Positions 59,164 to 64,000 of a stretch of DNA of 64,000 nucleotides are shown here, piece after piece. The notes under the pieces are model-generated. The model was not told where the DNA came from and ran no database searches. It saw nothing but the letters and a program-made list of their open reading frames with translations. Location of the stretch: NCBI GenBank assembly GCA_963816555.1, contig CAWFLD010000012.1, positions 5,058 through 69,057 of the forward strand, in the 5' to 3' direction. Every line of letters begins with the position of its first letter. The first letter of the stretch is position 1. The DNA is from an uncultured Alphaproteobacteria bacterium (GTDB lineage: Bacteria; Pseudomonadota; Alphaproteobacteria; Rhizobiales; Tepidamorphaceae). Position numbers and translations under genes: made by a program.

Positions 59164-59335
59164 GGGCGGCCTCTCATGACACCGGTCGCGCCGGTGCTTA
59201 AGCGTTGACTGGCCACTTCTTAGCGGGCAAGTCGCAGCAGTGGCAACGGCGGCCGACAGCTTATCCGCGCCGCGAGCGACGATTTTCCGACGCCGGCGGC
59301 GCCGGCTGCATGCCAACCAACGAGGGAGAGAGCCG

Positions 59336-60112
59336 ATGGATCTGGGAATCTCGGGGCGCAAGGCGCTGGTGTGCGCGGCGAGCAAGGGGCTCGGCAAGGG
59401 CTGCGCGGTGGCGCTGGCCAGGGAGGGCGTGCACGTGACGATCCTCGCGCGCGGCGAGGAGGCGCTCGAGGCGACGGCGCAGGAGATCCGCGACGCGGGC
59501 GGCGAGGTCACGGCGGTGGTCGCCGACATCAAGACGCCCGAAGGCCGCGCCAGGGCGCTCGAGGCCTGCCCCTCCCCCGACATCCTGGTCAACAACGCCG
59601 GCGGCCCGCCCCCCGGCAAGTTCCGCGACTGGACGCGCGAGGACTGGCTCGAGGCGGTCGACGGCAACATGATCACCCCGATCGAGATGATCCGGGCCAC
59701 CGTCGACGGCATGATCGAGCGGCGGTTCGGCCGCATCGTCAACATCACGTCGAGCGCCGTGAAGGCGCCGATCCCCGTGCTCGGCCTGTCGAACGGCGCG
59801 CGCTCCGGCCTGACCGGCTTCGTCTCCGGCCTCGCCCGCGAGGTCGCGCCGCACGGCGTGACGATCAACAACCTGCTGCCCGGCGTCTTCGACACCGACC
59901 GCATCCGCACCGTCTCGCAGGCCGAGGCGGAGCGCTCGGGCCGGTCGCTCGACGAGGTGCTGGCCGGCCGCGCCGGCAACGTGCCGGTCGGGCGCCTCGG
60001 CGACCCGAAGGAGTTCGGCGAGGTCTGCGCCTTCCTGTGCTCGGTGCAGGCGAGCTACTTCACCGCGCAGAACGTGCTGCTCGACGGCGGCGCCTATCCC
60101 GGCACCTTCTGA
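59336..60112 (+). CDS. Short-chain dehydrogenase/reductase
   Basis: MDLGISGRKALVCAASKGLG, DILVNNAGGPPPG, NLLPGVFDT. Confidence 0.92.
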   Translation: MDLGISGRKALVCAASKGLGKGCAVALAREGVHVTILARGEEALEATAQEIRDAGGEVTAVVADIKTPEGRARALEACPSPDILVNNAGGPPPGKFRDWTREDWLEAVDGNMITPIEMIRATVDGMIERRFGRIVNITSSAVKAPIPVLGLSNGARSGLTGFVSGLAREVAPHGVTINNLLPGVFDTDRIRTVSQAEAERSGRSLDEVLAGRAGNVPVGRLGDPKEFGEVCAFLCSVQASYFTAQNVLLDGGAYPGTF

Positions 60113-60179
60113 CGCAAGCGCGGTGCCGGCGCCCGGCACCGCGTCACCCCTCCTCCAATCGACAGGGACATCGCAGGCC

Positions 60180-61289
60180 ATGAAACGGACGGGCTTCTGG
60201 TGGGACGAGCGCTGCTTCTGGCACGTCGGCGGCAACTACGCGTTTCTCGTACCGGTGGGCGGCCTCGTGCAGCCGCTGGCGGCGGGGGGACTGCCGGAGA
60301 GCCCCGAGACCAAGCGGCGCCTGAAGAACCTGATGGACGTGACGGGCCTGACGAAGGAGCTCGCGGCGGCCTCGGCGGCGCCGGCGAGCGAGGAGGAGCT
60401 GCGCCGCGTCCATCCCGAGGCCTATCTCGCCCGCTTCCGCGAGCTCAGCGATTCGGGCGGCGGCGAGCTGGGGCGGCGCACCCCGTTCGGCCCCGGCGGC
60501 TTCGAGATCGCGGCCCTGTCGGCCGGCCTCGCCACGGCCGCCCTGCGCGCGGTGCTCTCCGGCGAGCAGGACAACGCCTACGCCCTGTCGCGGCCGCCGG
60601 GCCACCACTGCCTGCCCGACTTCCCGAACGGCTTCTGCCTGCTCGGCAACATCGCGATCGCGGTCGAGGCGGCGCTGGCCGAGCGCCGGGCGGCCCGCGT
60701 GGCCGTGGTCGACTGGGACGTCCATCACGGCAACGGCACGGAGGCGATCTTCTACGACCGCAGCGACGTGCTGACGATCTCGCTGCACCAGGAGCGCAAC
60801 TACCCGCACGACACGGGCGGGGTCGAGGATCGTGGCGCCGACGAGGGCGAGGGCTTCAACGTCAACGTGCCGCTGATGCCGGGCGGCGGCCACCGCACCT
60901 ATCTCGAGGCGATCGAGCGCATCGTCGTGCCGGCGCTGCGGGACTTCCAGCCGGACGCGATCGTCGTCGCCTGCGGCTACGACGCCTCGGCCGTCGACCC
61001 GCTGTCGCGCATGATGGCGGGCTCGGACACCTTCCGGGAGATGACGGGCGCGATGATGGAGGCCGCGCAGGACCTCTGCGACGGCAGGCTCGTCGTCGTG
61101 CACGAGGGCGGCTATTCGGAGGCGCACGTGCCGTTCTGCGGCCACGCCGTCATCCAGACGCTGGCGGACACCTCCATCGAGGCGCCCGACCCCCTGAAGC
61201 CGCGCATCGACGCCCAGCAGCCCGGCGAGCGGTTCGACCGCCTGCAGAGCGAGATGCTGGGCGAGATGGCCGAGTTCTTCGGGCTCTAG
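60180..61289 (+). CDS. Class II histone deacetylase family amidohydrolase
   Basis: RPPGHH, GFC, DWDVHHGNGT, ACGYD, HEGGY. Confidence 0.92.
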   Translation: MKRTGFWWDERCFWHVGGNYAFLVPVGGLVQPLAAGGLPESPETKRRLKNLMDVTGLTKELAAASAAPASEEELRRVHPEAYLARFRELSDSGGGELGRRTPFGPGGFEIAALSAGLATAALRAVLSGEQDNAYALSRPPGHHCLPDFPNGFCLLGNIAIAVEAALAERRAARVAVVDWDVHHGNGTEAIFYDRSDVLTISLHQERNYPHDTGGVEDRGADEGEGFNVNVPLMPGGGHRTYLEAIERIVVPALRDFQPDAIVVACGYDASAVDPLSRMMAGSDTFREMTGAMMEAAQDLCDGRLVVVHEGGYSEAHVPFCGHAVIQTLADTSIEAPDPLKPRIDAQQPGERFDRLQSEMLGEMAEFFGL

Positions 61290-61405
61290 TCCCCGACGGT
61301 CCGCCGGGCGTCCGCGTCACGACGCGGACGTCGTCGGGCACGAGCCGTATCTGGCGGCCACCACCCGAAGTCGAACCGGCGGCGATTGCGCCGCCGGCTA
61401 CGAAA

Positions 61406-61609
61406 TCAGGAGACGGACCGGCTGTCGCGCCGCATCGGCATCGGGTCGGAGAAAGCGGAGATCACGGCGCCGCCTTCCTCGTCGCTCTTGTAGAGCGAGA
61501 TCAGCTTCTGGATCTGCTGGATCTTGCGGTAGAGCGGCAGTGCGGCAAGTTCGTCGCTCAGCCGGCGCTCTTCGCGCTCGAGAAAGTGGACAATATCGTC
61601 AGTCGCCAT
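61406..61609 (-). CDS. Hypothetical small protein (67 aa)
   Basis: Fills an intergenic gap; GGGAG/GAGG RBS; non-GC-biased helical sequence LEREERRLSDELAALPLYRKIQQIQKLISLY. Confidence 0.6.
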   Translation of the reverse strand: MATDDIVHFLEREERRLSDELAALPLYRKIQQIQKLISLYKSDEEGGAVISAFSDPMPMRRDSRSVS

Positions 61610-61833
61610 GGCCTCGTGGCTCCCTGATTCGGTTAATTCCTCGTCTAGAGAATCGAAGAGTTAACAGAGCGTCAAGCATCGAGACGCGAAAGCTTGTGCG
61701 CCGGCGCAGGTTTCCCGGCAAGTGCGGCATCGCGGACTCAGGTCCGGGAGAGCCGCAACCGCCGGCGCGCCCTGCCGCGGCGGCCAGGCGCGATCCCGCC
61801 GCAGGAGAGCTCCCGCGGCGGGACGGAGGCGTG

Positions 61834-63123
61834 TCACTCGGCGGGAGCCACTCCGACGCCGGCTTCGTGCCTCGTCTGCTGGCCGTGGCGCAGCGGCCTG
61901 AGCACGAACAGGGCGAGGAAGACGACGAGGAAGTTGGCGAGCGCCGACACGACGAAGACCGCGTGCCAGCTGCCGGTGGCGTCCTTCAGCACGTTGGCGA
62001 GCGGCACGATGAAGGCCGCCGCGCCCTTGGCCGTGTAGAGCAGGCCGGCGTTCACGGTGGCGTATTTCGGGCCGAACGTATCCGTGCAGGTCGTCGGGAA
62101 GAGGCTGAAGATCTCGCCCCAGGTGAAGAAGATCAGGCCGGCGAAGAGCACGAAGGCCCACGGCGTCGTGCCGAGGGAGCCGAGCAGCCAGTAGGCCAGG
62201 CCGCCGAGGCCGAAGGCGATCGCCATCGTGTACTCGCGGCCGATCACGTCGGAGACCCAGCCGAAGGCCGGGCGCGCGACGCCGTTCATGACGTTGTCGA
62301 AGATCAGCGCCACGGTGAGCACGGTCGCCCCGAGGAACAGCGCCTGGTCGGAGAGGCCGAAGCTCTTGGCGATGAGCGCGAGCTGCGCCGTCGCCATCAG
62401 GCCGCTGGCGGCGACGAGCACGAACATCACGTAGAGCAGCCAGAAGGTGGGCGTCGCGAGCATCTGCTTCGGCGACAGGCTGCGCGAGGTCTGGCGCACG
62501 CGCGCCGTGCTCGCGCCGACCGGCGCCTCGCCCTGCTCGGGCCCGCGCAGCATCAGGCCGGCGAAGAAGATCAGCAGGCCCTGGGCCAGGCCGAACCAGA
62601 AGAAGGTCGAGGCGTAGCCGGCCGAGCCGATCATCGCGCGGATCGGGATGACCGTGAGGGCCGCGCCCGCGCCGAAGCCGGCGGCGGTCAGGCCGACGGC
62701 GAGGCCGCGGCGGTCGGCGAACCAGCGCACGGCGTTGCCGACGCAGGTCGCGTAGACGGCGCCGGCGCCGAGGCCCGAGCAGACCGCGCCGAGATAGAGC
62801 ATCGGCAGCGAGCCGGCGAAGGAGTTGATGATCCAGCCGAGGCCGACGAGCGCGCCGCCGAGCATGACGATCGTGCGCGGGCCGCGACGGGGGCCGAGCG
62901 CGTCGACGGCCCAGCCGCCGAGCGGCGTGGTCCAGGTCTCGAGGGCGATGAAGATCGAGAAGGCGACCTGGATGCCGGCGACGGTCCAGCCGTGCGCGTC
63001 GGCCATCGGGTGGACGAAGAGGGTCCAGCCATATTGCAGGTTCGAGATGAGAACCATGCAGAGGACGCCGGCGGCAAGCTGAAACCAGCGGTTCGAAGAC
63101 GTTACACCTTGGGACATTTCCAT
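61834..63123 (-). CDS. oxlT: Oxalate/formate antiporter (OFA family MFS)
   Basis: NRWFQL, NLQYGWTLF, IQVAFSIF, WGEIFSLFP, LLYTAKG. Confidence 0.88.
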   Translation of the reverse strand: MEMSQGVTSSNRWFQLAAGVLCMVLISNLQYGWTLFVHPMADAHGWTVAGIQVAFSIFIALETWTTPLGGWAVDALGPRRGPRTIVMLGGALVGLGWIINSFAGSLPMLYLGAVCSGLGAGAVYATCVGNAVRWFADRRGLAVGLTAAGFGAGAALTVIPIRAMIGSAGYASTFFWFGLAQGLLIFFAGLMLRGPEQGEAPVGASTARVRQTSRSLSPKQMLATPTFWLLYVMFVLVAASGLMATAQLALIAKSFGLSDQALFLGATVLTVALIFDNVMNGVARPAFGWVSDVIGREYTMAIAFGLGGLAYWLLGSLGTTPWAFVLFAGLIFFTWGEIFSLFPTTCTDTFGPKYATVNAGLLYTAKGAAAFIVPLANVLKDATGSWHAVFVVSALANFLVVFLALFVLRPLRHGQQTRHEAGVGVAPAE

Positions 63124-63471
63124 TTTCTCATGTGCCGGGATTTTTCCCTTTCATGAGACGAATATCGGCGCCCACGGACACTCGCAGCATTAATTTTTGG
63201 TCATCGGAAGCTCCGCGCCAGCCCACCGCGACATCTTTCGCGGCTGTTCGCTAGGAAACGCTTGGGATTTGTCCTTTAGGCGTATGCGCCCTTATGTCGC
63301 ATCGCAAAATTCGCGCGCGACCAGGATCCGGCGCGACGCCACCGTTTTGCCAGGATAATGCCCGTTTTCGGGTATTTTTGAGAGATTCAGGCAGCCAGGA
63401 CCGCTCATATCGGCCTGTATATGAGTATATCTCCCGCCATACGGCCACATGCTGCGGCGCCGAACAGGATC

Positions 63472-63483
63472 CTGGTATACCAG
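63472..63483. promoter_or_regulatory. Palindromic GntR/FadR-type operator candidate upstream of oxlT
   Basis: Perfect 12-bp palindrome CTGGTATACCAG; related GTATATGAGTATAT at 63417-63430. Confidence 0.5.
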
Positions 63484-63710
63484 AAATGTATCTCGCGCAC
63501 CCCGTACTGCTTCGGGAGCGCATCATGTGCGCGAGCGGGCCGATCCGCAGGCATCGGCGCGCGCGACAAACGCGCCGGGATGCCGGGCCGGAAAGATCAA
63601 GACTGCTCCGGGAACGGACAATACTGAAGGTCCCGAAGCTGCGGGAGCCGTCGCCCCTGCGGCGTCCCGCGGAGCGCGAGCGCCGTGTCCGCGCATCATT
63701 TGCCCGCGCT

Positions 63711-64000
63711 TCAGCCCTCGGCCAGGCGCTTCAACCGCAGGAGCGCCTCGTCCCACTGCTCCGACACCATGTCGAGGTAGCGGCGCGCCTCGTCGAGCCC
63801 TTCCGGCCGAAGGAGGTAGAGGCTCTCCCGGCCGGCACGCCGGCGGGCGACGATTCCCGCGTTCTCCAGAACGTGCAGATGCTTCGTCACGGCCTGCCGG
63901 GTGAGGTCCGTCGCGGCGGTGAGGGCGCCGATCGACTGGCTGTCGCCGTCGTTCAGCCGGCGGACGATCGCCAGCCGCGTCGGGTCGCCCAGCGCGGCGA
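63711..64000 (-). CDS. ArsR/SmtB family transcriptional regulator, 5' end outside the window
   Basis: Not in the ORF track. Manual translation AALGDPTRLAIVRRL...TRQAVTKHLHVLENAGIV...GRESLY...QWDEALLRLK; stop at 63711. Confidence 0.88.
   Translation of the reverse strand, partial: AALGDPTRLAIVRRLNDGDSQSIGALTAATDLTRQAVTKHLHVLENAGIVARRRAGRESLYLLRPEGLDEARRYLDMVSEQWDEALLRLKRLAEG

Noticed and set aside
1-64000. Mobile elements, prophage, CRISPR arrays, rRNA/tRNA, defence systems
   Set aside because: No transposase, integrase, cas, phage or structural-RNA signatures recognised; composition looks uniform apart from promoter regions.

Overview
High-GC alphaproteobacterial (probably Hyphomicrobiales) chromosomal window. 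I see no rRNA, tRNA, CRISPR array or mobile element. Left to right it contains: a partial cysteine hydrolase; a Caulobacter-type Tad/Cpa (Flp) pilus locus with CtrA-like boxes; an adjacent glycosyltransferase/sulfotransferase cluster; a HisD paralogue with altered Zn ligands behind a putative leader peptide; opgGH; choXWV divergent from betI-betA with a perfect BetI-type operator; alpha-2-macroglobulin/pbpC; a complete general stress response (GSR) island (single-domain response regulator, two HWE kinases, phyR, nepR, ecfG, DUF3309); then metabolic genes (ThDP enzyme, adenine deaminase, TRAP transporter, glucan phosphorylase, pfkB, SDR, HDAC-family enzyme, oxlT, partial ArsR). The best candidate novelty is an unannotated small RNA just downstream of ecfG, with its own EcfG-type promoter and two hairpins with C-rich loops (GsrN-like architecture). 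Also notable are a self-complementary EcfG promoter reading in both directions, the HisD paralogue with its leader, and a Ser/Thr/Gly-tailed Flp pilin next to glycosylation/sulfation genes. Three genes (cpaC, pbpC, glgP) each carry one extra base, possibly sequencing errors. All family calls are from motif recognition by eye; no searches were run.
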